Shown: positions 24,674-38,060, counted from the first letter of the whole stretch. The stretch is 63,930 bases of DNA, filler included, from Reticulomyxa filosa (GCA_000512085.1; 24 parts of 24 records of this genome joined end to end with filler, not necessarily neighbours in it); one strand, 5' to 3'. Translations and numbers: made by a program. Notes: generated from the letters alone by a model not told the origin.

Positions 24674-25947
24674 ATGTCTTATAAAGGTTTTGGAACAAAG
24701 ACCATTCATAGTGGTCAAGAACCCAATCCATTACATGGTGCAGTCATGCCAAGTATTGACTTGTCCACAACATTTGCCCAAGCGTCTCCTGGAAAGCACA
24801 AAGGTTTCGATTATACCAGAGCCGGTAACCCAACCCGTGACACGTTGGAAGCGCTATTCGCAGCAGTAGAAAACGGGAAATATTGCACTTGTTTTTCAAG
24901 TGGCTGTGGAGCAACGACCACGGTGATTACTTCGTTTGTAAAAAGTGGCGAGCACATAGTGTCCAGTGATGATGTATATGGAGGGACAAACCGACTGTTG
25001 CGAAAATTTGCAGAAGATGTGTGTGGCATGAAGGTTACGCTGATGGATTTGACCGAAACGAATGAATTGTACAAGGAGTTGGAACAAATATTCAAAAAGA
25101 ACAAAACCAAGCTTTTGTGGCTTGAAAGCCCAACCAACCCAATGTTAAAGGTGGTCAATATTTCAAAGTTATGCGAAATTGCCCGAAAATACAATGTATT
25201 GACGGCCTTAGACAATACTTTTGCAACACCTTACTTGCAAAACCCCTTGGACCTGGGAGTAGATATGGTGGTCCACAGTGTGACGAAATACTTGAATGGA
25301 CACAGCGATGTACTGTCCGGATGTGTGATCACAAACTCAAAGAGTATTGACGAACGGTTGAGATTCTTTCAAAAAAGTTTGGGTGCTGTTCCTTCCCCGT
25401 TTGATTGTTATATGATTATACGCGGGATGAAAACCTTGCACGTTCGAATGCAAAGGCATTGTGAAAACGCTTTAGCTGTGGCAGAGTATTTGGAAAAACA
25501 TCCCAAAGTTTTGTAATTATTAAAAAAAAAAATAAAAATAAAATAAATAAGGTCTTTTCAAACTTTGGATTGTGTCTAATTTGAAAGGTTCAAAAAGTGA
25601 TCTATCCCTTTTTGAAATCTCATCCTCAGTATGCGTTGTCCAAAAAGCAAATGCGCGCTGGTGGTGGAATGGTGACCTTCTTTTTAAAAGGGGGACTACC
25701 TGAATCAAGACAATTTTTGGAAAATGTAAAACTTATGGTATGTGCAGAGTCTCTTGGTGCTGTGGAGACTTTGGTTGAACATCCTGCCATTATGACCCAT
25801 GCAAGTGTTCCTCCAGCAGAGCGACAAAAACTTGGCATTCATGACAACTTGATTCGTGTCAGTGTTGGTATTGAGAATATCGAAGACATAATTGCTGACT
25901 TCGATCGGGCATTAGGTGCCGTTGGAAAACAAAATGCAAAGCTGTAG
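24674..25947 (+). CDS. CTH: Cystathionine gamma-lyase (Cys/Met PLP enzyme); exons 24674-25507 and 25588-25947
   Basis: YTRAGNPT, DDVYGGT, LESPTNP, DNTFATP, PLP-lysine motif HSVTKYLNGHSDV, AESLGAVETL.EHPAIMTHASVP and RVSVGIE. One GT-AG intron. Confidence 0.93.
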
Positions 25948-26695
25948 ACATTTAAAGGATAAGCAAAATACAATAATAACAAATAGAGTTTTGCATAATA
26001 ATTATTACGTTAATTAATTAAGTTTGTTTCCAATGTTTTCAAAAAATAAATAGTGCTTACCAAGAAACCTTGAATGGTTTCATTGTGAACCAAAATCCAA
26101 CATTTCTTATGTCCATGTTGTTAATCTGTAACTTCATAAAAAAAAACCGTGCACATAAAAGATTTTGCAGGAAGATCTTATACCAAATTCTTGTCACTTT
26201 ATCACTTCTCAAGCTCCAAATGTTTTTCACACTTTGACATACTTTTCCCAAAAATGCACAACAGTCAAGTACTTTTAATCGTGTTCTCTAAAGATCCTGT
26301 GGAACCTATTTTACGAGCATCAGTTACAAAGAAATGCCTAAATTTGAAGAGAATAAAACTTACAAAATTGTTTCTTTAATAAACTTCAAAAATTATTTCA
26401 AACTCAAAAAGTTTTAATATTGTGCTCCCACTGGCAAATATCATCCAGAATTTTTTAGTTTAATTAATCTTGACACATAAATGCCAGACGAAGAAGAGGT
26501 AATCAATTGTGCATTCAATTGAAATACTAAAAATTGGAGTATTTTTTTTTGTGTTTTTTGTCGAGCAAAGGAAGAAGCCTATGACGACTTTGAAAACATT
26601 GAGCCGTTAAACTAAAAAGCCGATTGTGTAATTTTTATGTGACAATGAATTGAGCAAACAAATGTTTGAATCTCTTTGTTTTTCTTATTTCAAGT

Positions 26696-27215
26696 GAGCG
26701 TGCTCCAGCTGTTCCGCCTGTCAAGCCTCTAAACATAGTCAGCTTCTTCATTGAGGTTGGAATGAATGATGGATTCTCTCGGTTTTTTTTTTTTTGTTTT
26801 GTAATCATAGCCAAAATATCAAAGTTTTTTTCAAAAAAAAAAAAAAAAAAAAAAAGCAAAACAAAAACGAAGAAATGCGGAAGCATCCACACATAAGTGA
26901 AGCCGAAATAAGAGAAATATTGCGTAAAAAATGGAGAGAAGAATTAGGAAAATCAGACCAACAACAATGGAAGCGACAGCATAAGAAAGAAACAAAACGA
27001 TTTGAGAAGTTGTTGGAGCTGTATTCGAATGCCCATCCCGAATTTGACAAAGAAGCCTACATTGCCTCACAGTCGACACAGTCGAATAAACAACGAAAGA
27101 ACAAATCCACCTCCGAAAAAATTCGATCTCGACGTCAACACAAAAGTGGTGGCTATGCAACAAAGCGACAAGGACATAAAAAGAGCTATGATATCATCAC
27201 GTTCAGTGATGCCGG
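26696..27215 (+). CDS. HMG-box protein (partial, spliced)
   Basis: PAVPPVKPLNIVSFFIE|...MRKHPHISEAEIREILRKKWREELGKSDQQQWKRQHKKETKRFEKLLELY fits the HMG-box consensus (P.PK.P..AF.FF...HP....EI...L...W..L....K..W). Confidence 0.7.
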
Positions 27216-27599
27216 TATGTCTCAGTTTTTTTTTTTTTTTTTTTTTTGTGATTCTCACGAATGAACACAAAGGNNNNNNNNNNNNNNNNNNNNNNNNNNN
27301 NNNNNNNNNNNNNNNNNTTAATTAATTAANNNNNNNNNNNNNNNNNNNNNNNNNNNNNNNNNNNNNNNNNNNNTTGTCGCTTTTGCTTCAATAAAAGTAA
27401 AATATTTTCTTCTTCACAAAGAAAAATATAAACCTCTGCTTATAGCGTAAGCTCGCAATTGGAAAAAAAAAGGATGAAAGCATAAATTATACGTGGCATG
27501 CATAGTTTAGATCAAACTAATTACTTTACTACCAGCCGAAACATTTAATTAAAAAAAACATAAAAAACAATTACAAATTAGCAAAAACATGCTTGTTAT

Positions 27600-28242
27600 T
27601 AATTACTATTCACCACTATAAGGACAAATATTAATATCCAAAAAATGACTTGACACCAATTTTGTTTTTGAATTGTAGTGCGGCATGGTGGGCACGCTTT
27701 TTCAGTTCTCTGTTTACGTGATATCAAACAAAAATTTTTTAAACTTCGAAATTGTGAGTTTGTTTTTAAATGACTATATATACATTCTTACGTAATAATA
27801 AAAAAACTTAACACATCTCCAAATGCAAAAAAACAACAATGGCACGAAACAACATCCCAATTGTTCTCGACGATGCTCATCGCAAACGTATCTTCCACAG
27901 CGTGTACATCTCCTACACGTTCGATGAGGACATCCCACTACGCAACAATTATAAACAGGCTCTTTTTTTTTTGTTATTATCCTTATTTTGTTTGAGAGCA
28001 TGTAGCCTTTAAAAAACAAACGAAAATAATTCTTTTTATTTATATTTAAGCATACCCACGTGTCTTTGCACTATGATCACTCTTTGTCCATTGGCAGTAA
28101 TACCTTCGTTGGATAGTAGTGGCTGATGAGCGTATGAAGGGTTTTGTGGTGGCGGTGCTCCTGGCACGAACATGTCACTCGTGTCCATGTAAGGTTTTCC
28201 ATCGGGCATACCTTCTTGGTAGTCTTCTGTTCGCGCCATCAC
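27600..28242 (-). CDS. Small Cys-rich zinc-finger-like protein with C-terminal hydrophobic segment (at least 3 exons)
   Basis: Pro-rich exon 1 (GAPPPQNPSY). Exon 2 is CCVVGCPHRTCRRCTRCGRYVCDEH...GCCFVPLLFFCIWRC. Exon 3 is RTEKACPPC...VIFWILIFVLIV. Confidence 0.6.
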
Positions 28243-30402
28243 TTTCTTTCTTTGTTTCTACTCCAATGATTTCAAGATATTTTTTTTTGCCAAGGTCACA
28301 AACGAGCACTTCGCTATAATACTGAGTTTACAAAACTGGTTTGCATCCGTAAACGTAATCCGATTTTTATAAACAACTCAACGTTGATCCATATAGAAAG
28401 ATATTTGGTTGAATTTTGGAGTAATGAAAAGTTTATAAAATTGGTGAAAAAATTCACGATTATTTTTTTTAAAAAAACAAAATATCGTAAAAAGAAAAGC
28501 GATTTTTAAAGAGTTCTATTTTATAGTGGTCGCGAAAGGAATGCAAAAAAAAAAACTAAATCTTGAATAAATCAAGAAAAAAATTGGTTGATATGATTAA
28601 ATTGCTCTTGTATGTATTGTGNNNNNNNNNNNNNNNNNNNNNNNNNNNNNNNNNNNNNNNNNNNNTTAATTAATTAANNNNNNNNNNNNNNNNNNNNNNN
28701 NNNNNNNNNNNNNNNNNNNNNATAAATTTAAAAACAAAGAATGATGTTGTAACTTTATTATCAAAATGTAGTACATTTTTAAGTGTGCATGATTTAATTA
28801 ATGCAAGCTGGATCGTATATCAATGTGGGCAATTCGAACTAATATTGAAATCATTACCAGATAATAATTATTCAACAATAAAATCAGACTCAAATAGTCA
28901 TGCTCTTCGATTATTAGATACGAAAATTGAATATGTAGACATTAAAGCAAACAAAAAAAATACGATTAGATGTGGCAATATTTAGTAAATTCTAAATTCA
29001 CTTGCTGCACACTAAACAGATCGATTATTTGAAATAAATAATAAAAGTATGAAGAAACGTTTGAAGCAATGTCAAGCATATGCAATGGTAAAAGATGTTC
29101 AATTGATCCAATTGCTGATATATTGGAAAATAGATGTTCGCTAATTGATGAAAAAATCAACTAATACAGTATTTAAATGAACAAAAATATGATCGTTCAA
29201 ATCTTGAAGAAAAAAAGATCGAAAATTGTGAAAATAATCAAATTGATAATGCTCAATATGTTGATGATTCAAAGTCAAAATAACAGGAAATAATTGGACA
29301 AACATATCGAAAACTTGGACTGACAGGCAAATTACAAGATCAATATCTCACACACTCATCAGTGCCATCAAACTTTGCTTTTCCATTCTACTTAGGCTTG
29401 CTGAGTTGTCATCGCAATTCCATTTTTTTTTCGCTTTCGTTCAACATGCTGCGTATTACTCCCAACAACTCTGTCCAATTCGTCTTTTCATCTTTGCTCT
29501 CGGGTTTCTGTTTCGAGAGAACGCTTTTTTCGTCTTCTATGCACTTCCCAAGTCATTCCGCCATCATTTGCTCGCCTACGCACGCCATGTTACTACTGTT
29601 TATCGACATCGTAGCAACGTATATAAAATGCTGACATCTGACTGATGTATCCATCAAAACAGGAACCCACCACTTCAATACCACAAATTTACGCATAGCC
29701 AAGATAATATCCGGAATCACGAATAACGATATTCTCTTCAAATCCAACCTTCAATTATTTTTATTATATGTTTTCATTACAAAAGATGAGAAAAGAATCG
29801 CTTTTACTTGACAGGAACGATANNNNNNNNNNNNNNNNNNNNNNNNNNNNNNNNNNNNNNNNNNNNTTAATTAATTAANNNNNNNNNNNNNNNNNNNNNN
29901 NNNNNNNNNNNNNNNNNNNNNNAAAGAAATCACAAAACTTGTTCCAATAAATCAAATGCATAGCAAACAGTGAATCCTACGTGAATAATGTATTTTCGCA
30001 TATATGCGTGTATATACTTGTATAAAATAGTTTATAATTAAAATGGGGTTGAAATATATTGCGATTGACATTCTTTTTGTGAGGATATGTTTTGCAATGG
30101 ATTTATACACATAATGTTACATATCACAAACCTGGTGTGCCTTGGGTAAGCAGCTGATCTCGACTCTTTTTGTTGAGCGTAGTGATGATTTTGTTGTCAT
30201 CATCTTTTGCAAAAAGCTTGGAACCCAAGCGACTACGACAGAGAAACAGCGCCAAGGCACAGCTAGCAAGTACAACTACTCCTACTACGACGACAACCGT
30301 AGTTCCTGTCTTACCTACATACCATAAAGCAACAAGAATTGGCCATTCAAAGTAATTTCTTCTTTTTTTGTTTCTTTCATGTCACAAAAAAAAAAAAAAA
30401 AA

Positions 30403-30921
30403 TTAAAAAATGTATACGTAGTTGGGTACTGCTAACCTAAAGTGTCGAATGCACTTTTTTGTTGACCAAGAGCACCTTGAACAACTTTGGCGGTTGGAGA
30501 GAGGGGTAGGGAAAGTAGGAAAATTGGTGGGTCGTAAAATCGGGGAGAGAGACGGCGAAGAGGTAGGATGGGCAATCGGATAGGCTGTCGGATAAGTAGT
30601 GGGACGACGAGAAGGGGAGAAAGTAGGAAGAGCAGATGGAATGTCCGTTGGTGCGTAAGTCGGTGTTTTAGTGGGATGTTGAGTAGGAGAAATGGAAGGG
30701 GCTTGACTAGGATATTTGGTTGGATATCTGGTTGGCGCAGTGGTTGGCGTTCGTGTCGTTGGTAATGATGTTGGCGTTCGTGTCGTTGGTAATGATGTTG
30801 GTTTTCGTGTCGTTGGTGGTAATGTTGGTTGTGGTTTTGTTGGAGATTGGGTTGTTGTTGGTTTATTTGTTGGTGGGGCCCTTCCATCTGGTTTAGGAAG
30901 TTGCCATGAACGAATTGAAAG

Positions 30922-30952
<31 letters not shown>

Positions 30953-31206
30953 AATAATGATGATGGTGTGGATGATACGCTGGAACATATGGTATTTGTC
31001 TTTGCATCGCACACATGCTCACGAATTTTAAAAGTACCTTTTGCGCTATTTGTACCATATTTTTCTTGGACACAGTACTTTTGCTTGCCACAATTTAGTG
31101 ACCCTTGTGGCACACACTCATGCTCACTACAGTATAATCGACAGTTGTCATTGCAATCCAACCTAATACTCTTGCAACTGCTTTCACCGGTGCAATACCA
31201 CATCAA
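30403..31206 (-). CDS. Cys-rich domain plus PT-repeat (mucin-like) extracellular protein exon
   Basis: Cys-rich N-terminal part, poly-Ser, then many PTxxPT/PSxxPT units, including a 27-nt tandem repeat (TPTSLPTTR) at ~30745-30830. Confidence 0.7.
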
Positions 31207-31432
31207 AGTCCCTAGAGGGTTTATTTGTAAAGATTAATCAATACTTTTCTTTATTCATTTGTGTTTACATTATGTATATGTGCAGGTATACACTTGTAAT
31301 TATGTCCCTTTTTTTTTTTTTTTTTTAAACCANNNNNNNNNNNNNNNNNNNNNNNNNNNNNNNNNNNNNNNNNNNNTTAATTAATTAANNNNNNNNNNNN
31401 NNNNNNNNNNNNNNNNNNNNNNNNNNNNNNNN

Positions 31433-32285
31433 AAAAAAAAAGGCGAAGGATGGAAAACAAAAGAAGTGAGCAACGACAAGAAGAACAAAGGAAGTAATGA
31501 GATGAATGAGTTGCGTCAGTTGAGAGAGCGTGAAGAGAAGCTACGACGTGAGAAGGAGGAGTTGATGGAGCAATTACGCAAAGAGCGACAAGAAAAAGAG
31601 GAATGGATGGCACGAAGAACAATAACAAATCAAAATCAAAATCAAGATAAAGATAAAAAAGATAAAAAAGATAAAAATAAAAGTAGCAAAAATAATAACA
31701 AAGAAATAATATCGCTTTCAGCGGCGACAGGAGACGAGTCGTCCACTAGCAGCACAAGCCAGCGAATTGGTCGCAAAGAGTCATCGTCTTCGTCGAACAG
31801 CGGGCCGCAACGACCGACGGCGTCGCGTCGACCCTGGCGATGTCCGATCTGCACGCTGATGAACGACGCCACGGCGTCGCGATGCAGTGCGTGCGACACG
31901 CCCAAGATGTCAGGTGGATTTGGTATGATGATGTTGGACCACGAGGACGGCGCCAGCAGTTACAATGGCGACTACGACTATCAACGAGATTTGATCGACC
32001 ATACCAATGGCAATACAAACACTAACACTAACACTAACACTAACACTAACACTAATAGTAACAGTAATGCCAATGCCAATGGCAATGCCAATGGCAATAG
32101 TATCGAGGCCACAAAACCAGTATCTTACTTGCGACAGGGGTCGTTGAAGTCGCTCTTCGAAGACAGACAACTGCAAAGCGGTGAAGTGCGTGCACCGAGC
32201 AAGCTGATGGCCAATTTCAATATGATGATGAGGATTTCCGAAAGGAACATGCTCAAGGGTCAATCTTTGAAGAACAATGTCAACG

Positions 32286-32325
<40 letters not shown>

Positions 32326-32980
32326 TAATAATAATAATAATATTAATAATAATAATAATAACAATAACAATAATAATAATAAAAAATTTGGAGACAAGGA
32401 ATCATTCGAACGTGCAGCCATCGATATCTCGTACTACAATCAAGATGCCGTGCATATCTTTTCCACTCTACGCAGTGTCGCGAAAAAGCTCCTAAAGGAC
32501 GACGAACGATATCGCATGCTTGACACCACCAATCCCAAAGTCGAACAGCGTTTGATCGGCTTCGAGGGCGTTATTGACTTTCTGTTCCTTCTCGGCTTCG
32601 AGTCCGACGACTCTGGACAGCGTCTCGTGTGCAGGCAAAAGCCCGGCCCCGACGTCGTGCGCACTGCCATCCAAGTGCTCGACACTCAAGAGACACGAGC
32701 TAAAGCTGCTCAAAGCGTCGATCAGGCTGTCGAACAGGTCGACATTCGTGTTTCCATCGCCGCCGCCGCCTCGAGAAGTTCTTCTCAGTCCACCAAACAA
32801 ACGCCCAATAGACTTGGCAAGGGGTCCAATGCCAGCGCATATGCAAATGATGGTGCCAATGAAAATGAAGATAACGAGATGGTCTTGCAGCAGATTGTCA
32901 TTCTCTGCACTCATGAACAACAGCGAGATAACGAAACCATGGAAACTTTGCTTATGTGCTACAAAGAATTTTCCACCCCA
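31433..32980 (+). CDS. Coiled-coil + RanBP2/NZF zinc finger + PUB domain + RasGEF N-terminal (REM) protein, truncated at both contig ends
   Basis: WRCPICTLMNDATASRCSACDTPK (NZF). TLRSVAKKLLKDDERYRMLDTTNPKVEQRLIGFEGVIDFLFLLGF (PUB-like). LQQIVILCTHEQQRDNETMETLLMCYKEFSTP (REM-like). Confidence 0.75.
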
Positions 32981-33407
32981 GAGTTTATATATATATANNN
33001 NNNNNNNNNNNNNNNNNNNNNNNNNNNNNNNNNNNNNNNNNTTAATTAATTAANNNNNNNNNNNNNNNNNNNNNNNNNNNNNNNNNNNNNNNNNNNNTTG
33101 CAAAAGAATAATAATTTGATTTATAAAATTATCTGAAGTAGCCTTTTGAAAAGATGATTTTTTTGTTTTAAAAAAATTTCTTTTTGAAAGAAACTGCTTA
33201 TCCAAACAAATTGATTGTGATTATAAGATATTTTGCTGTGATAAAGTGGTATTTTAACACGGCAACATATAAAAAAAAGAAAATAAACTACATATTCGAA
33301 ATTTTGTATAATAAATATTTAAATGATTGTATTATACAGTATAATGCAAAAGAAAGTTGACACTAAAACAACAACAATTAAATGATTAGTCATCCAACAC
33401 CAAGTTT

Positions 33408-33481
33408 TCATCAATCCAAAACGACGAATTTAAACAGCAATTAAACGAGTCGTCATCAATCCAAAACGACGCATTTAAACA
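33408..33481 (+). repeat. Direct duplication with 45-bp period in a decayed coiled-coil ORF
   Basis: TCATCAATCCAAAACGACG(A/C)ATTTAAACA at 33408 and 33453. Confidence 0.8.
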
Positions 33482-36400
33482 ACTGGTTTATCAGACAGTC
33501 GTTGGCAATATACAAAATGATATTTATAAATAGCTTTACTTATATCTTAAAGTAAATGAGAAAAATTAGAAAAAAAAATCCAAGATCAAGATGAACTCAA
33601 TAGAAAAGAAATTTCAGCTCTTACTGAAAAATCTGAGAAAAACAAAGACGAATTGATAAAGCAAATAATAGAATTGACCGAATCCAATGCCAAATTATCC
33701 ACTACAATCGAAATGCTTGACGAAATATATTCGTTAAAGCTTCAAAATTATGCTATTAATCCTATTAGAAAAACTTACAATCCAATAAAAAGAAATTTTG
33801 CTCAATGCAATGACATTATTGTGACTAATATTGAAGAAGCTGAAAAATAAAGCTTCGAGTTGGAAAAAAACATCGACAAATTGATGACATTCTTTAATTT
33901 TTTTAGTGTTTGTCTTTCATTTATTTGATTGAAATATTGTAAAAAAATTTTTTCATCATAATGAAAGTATACGTCGCCTTATGGTTTTTTTCTACTTCGC
34001 TTCCTACAATCTTCTTCACTAAATTCATCATAATTGCTCATATTTGCAAACAGTAAGCACTTGCAATAATCAATGACCGTTCTCATCATCGGTGTTCTGG
34101 TCGATCAATTGCGTTCGACAATAAATCATATACTAAATATTTATATAAACATAAATAGAAATATAAATGAATAAATTGCTGTTTATCATTATATTGTGTG
34201 GTGCTTTTTCAAAACTTTCGAAACGTTTTTTTAGTGAACAAAAGTAAAAAAGCGTGTTGTTTCTCTTCGACTAATTATAAAAAATATCAATATGCTTTTT
34301 CTAGAAATTCAGTAAATATTTGACAATACGCAATGATCAGCCATTGCTATTCTTATTCGATAAATCTCCAAACTTACCCTACTTCCTCGGAGGTTGTAAT
34401 AGCGATGTTTTTTGATCTTGATGATCACTTATGGTGATAAGTCACGAAATAGTAGCTAAATTTACTAACTTATATTTTAATTATGACAAAATCAGTTTGC
34501 TGAGACAAAATCTTGTAAAAGTACAATTTTTCGCAATTTTTTAATTACAATTAAAAAGTTCAATTCATAAAATAAAAACAAAAATAAAAATGCTCAGGGA
34601 ATTAGTGTAAATTAAAATAAGCATTACAAAATTTACTGCAATAAGAATGATCGCTGATATCTCACTTATTTTTGCAGTTAAAGTAATATCCATCTGATCC
34701 TTTATGGATACAAGCTCGAGGAGCTAAAATCTCAGCTCGGATTCCATTGAACCAATTATGCTCATGAGTAAAAAAACTTGTTGCCTTGTTCGGTCCGGCT
34801 GTTCAGAAACACAGTAATATTTAAAGCTGTGTTAAAAAAAAGACAAGTTTTCGCTTAACTCTTCATAGTATCATCCAAAATCAAAAAGCTTTTTATGACG
34901 TCATCGTCGTTTGGTTTCTCTGTTGTCGTCGCCATTTTTTTGTCTCTTCTTTGCAAGTGTTGTTTTCGAAAGAAAGTTAAAAAAAGGGACTAACTCTTTT
35001 GGACAAAACTCTAAGTCTGTTGTTACACTTATTTTGAGTAGGAATTAACATTTCATTTGCAAAGGTCATTCCACAAAATAGTGTCATTCCAGAAAACTTG
35101 GTTTTGTTGAAAAAATGTTTTTAACCAAAAGAAAGAAGATGGGAAGGAGTTGCTCCCTATGACTTTAGAATTGGAAGACTTGGCCTGTGAATAAAGTTTT
35201 CAGAAACAACTGACTGGATGTCTTTGCGTGTACATGCTATCACTTGCATTCTTTTTTAATTGAACATGTCTTCCTTAGGAACATTTGATTGTGTCCTTGT
35301 ATTGCAATACATAAATGTGATGTGGATCGTTTGATATCATTTTGAGCAAATCAAACGAATATTTAAATTAGATGATTCTATGCAAATGACCTGACAGAGT
35401 AGTGTATTTTTTTTTTTATGTTTGCAAATGTTTTGTCTATTCATTGACCAACTTGCTTCTAGTTACTCTGTTGTCAATGCCAACAAACTCTTTCCTTTTT
35501 TCTCTCCAATATATCATCTTGAGCTTCAATCTATCTGACGATCCACATTTTCATGCATTTCCAACAAAGAATAGTAATATACAGAAATTTTCCAGTTGAA
35601 CACAATCAATCTAATTGATTTGTTAGCAAAAAGATTACGCAAGCTTGATTGTGTGATTTATCAATTCAAAGTATAATCACGCAACTTTGAATTTCTTTGT
35701 GTCAACGAAATAAAATTATTATTATTTCAATGATAAAAAAAAAGAAAGATATCGTTCGAAATTACTGCCTCTAACACTATGCCTGCATTGTTTCAGTGCA
35801 GAAAACGTCATTACTGTAGTCTTGGCTACTAACTGACAGAAGTTTTGAAAAGACGACAGCCATGACAAAGAAAAAATAAAATAAAATGGAACCAACCCCT
35901 TTTTGAGCACCTTTTCAGTTGTCTGATTTTATTGTTGCATTTTGCCAACAGAATTTTAATTTCGATTAATTTTTTGTATTGGTCACTGTTTTTGAAGGTT
36001 ATCCTTTGAAAGTACGCTATTTCTTTTTTATGAAAAATACTACGACATAACTGCTCCTTGGTTTTTTAATTATCTTTTTGTTTTCAAGTCGCAGATGCAA
36101 CTATTATTCGAAATAACTCATTTGTTTTGTTTTCTTCAATGAAATATTCTATGTGAAAAACATATTTAATACAGGTCCAGAAAAAAGTATATGTATGACA
36201 CATTTTTTAAGTATTTGTTTTTTGTCGTAAGTTAAAAAAAAACAATTTGATAGCACTGCAAGACAAAAATATCACTAAGAATACAAAATGATTATGGTTG
36301 CTTTATTTTAGAAATATCAACGAACAAATCAATTACAAAAAAATGGGTAGTTCGCTTTTTTTTATTTTTGTATTTTTCATGTTTTTACTTAAGCCAAAGA

Positions 36401-36971
36401 AGAAAAAGCTGAACTTTGACATTGTAGCAACTTAGGAAAGTGTAAGAGAGGCATTGCATTATCCTTCAACATTGTGTCGAAAATGACAAGTATATTTTCA
36501 CCAGACTGTTACTTTGTCATTGTTATGATATTGACAAATATCTCAGTCTTCCTATTCAAAAAAATAACATTGGCTCATAAAAGTGAAAAAACATTGTGGT
36601 TTGCTTATTTACAATTATACTAATAAAAACAAATTATTGTGATACTTTGTTTGAAGGATATTTGAGAAGAAATTGTTTTTTCCCTTTACAAATAATTTTG
36701 ATACATAAAAATCTCTTCCTACTTCATGCATATCCAATTTCAAAAGTGTATATGTATTACCACTTACTAGAATTTACAACAAAATTTTGTTAAGCAAATA
36801 CTGCTATTGATCTCATTACACGAAAGTAGACAAGAATGCGATGATTTTCAAAATAAATTTTGTTTTGAACAATTTATCAACAAACAGACCGTCAATGTCT
36901 TCACAAAAACAAAACAAAAACATATTCATATCACAAAAAGGTTTCAAACAAAACCACACTAATCTTATTCT

Positions 36972-38060
36972 TTATGTTTTAATTTTGGATTTGGCTGGCC
37001 ATAAAATGATTTCTCCTTTATCATCGACATATTTTAATGGAATATCATCAGTAGTGTTTGAGGATTTTTCAAATTCACTTTTCACTTCAGCACCAAAGTT
37101 GTGTTTTGCATATTCATATGCAATATTTACTTCATCGAGTTCGAAAAGACGAGCACGCTTACAAATTTCGTGCAATGTTTTTTTATTATTATAAAACCAT
37201 TTATGGTGGAATTGTAATTCGCACACAACTTTGGAATCGGGAGCATGTACATTTGCCATCAAATCACGATACACAAAAGGGACAACCTGAGGAGAAAAGC
37301 ATCTAAGCAATCGTTAAGAGGTTTTGGGTTTTTCTCGAGTTCGTCAAAGCCTTGTGACTTTTGTACCATTTCTCATAAGCATGACCATGTTCATCACGAA
37401 GCGAATTAAAGTATTGATTGAACACATATTCGTTCCATAACGTGCATCGCAAGAAATTGGCAATCACGTTAATACTGTTCAAAGGTTTTAACAGTTCTTG
37501 CTCATTATTTTCCGTCTTCTTGTACGCGACTTGCAAACGAGCCCGATCTTCCTCGTTTCGCACTTTGGATCAATCGAGTTGACGGTAGGCTGTTTCAAGC
37601 TGATATCGTCTGGCTCTTTGCGATAAGATATACCAAATATCTCACTGCGAGCATCTTTATGGCTCTGCACAGCCGATCCTTGTTTGTGGGGCCGTCTTGA
37701 CATAATCACTGAGACGTACACTCACCTTCTTGTCAATCGACATTCGGAACAAGCCATTGTATTCATTAATAAACCATTTGCCTGTCATTTCAACCAAGTT
37801 GTCTTTAATTGTAACCCGATACACGACCAAGTGCATTCCCAAATACTTTTTCTCAAAGTACACTGTCCTCTTTTTCAAGTCAATCTTTCCATCGATTGTG
37901 AAAATGCCAACAAGTGTCTTTACCACTTCCAAGCATCGTCCCATCGTTTTTCCAAAATAGTATCAAAATCAAAGGGTGTCCATTGATATTGATAATAATC
38001 AGCTTTTCACTCGTGTTTGGAGCTCGCTGGTTCAACTGTTTGAATTCTTGTTTCCAAAGA
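36972..38060 (-). pseudogene. Disrupted gene: beta-rich N-terminal module plus RelA/SpoT-like nucleotidyltransferase domain
   Basis: Collinear fragments EDRARLQVAYK ... NFLRCT ... YRDLMANV ... VVCELQFH resemble the RelA_SpoT NTase motifs. In-frame stops at 37570-37660 and several frameshifts. Confidence 0.45.

Noticed and set aside
16357-25947. Sulfur/redox gene cluster (sat, gpx, CTH)
   Set aside because: The three genes are on different contigs separated by artificial spacers, and gpx is bacterial.
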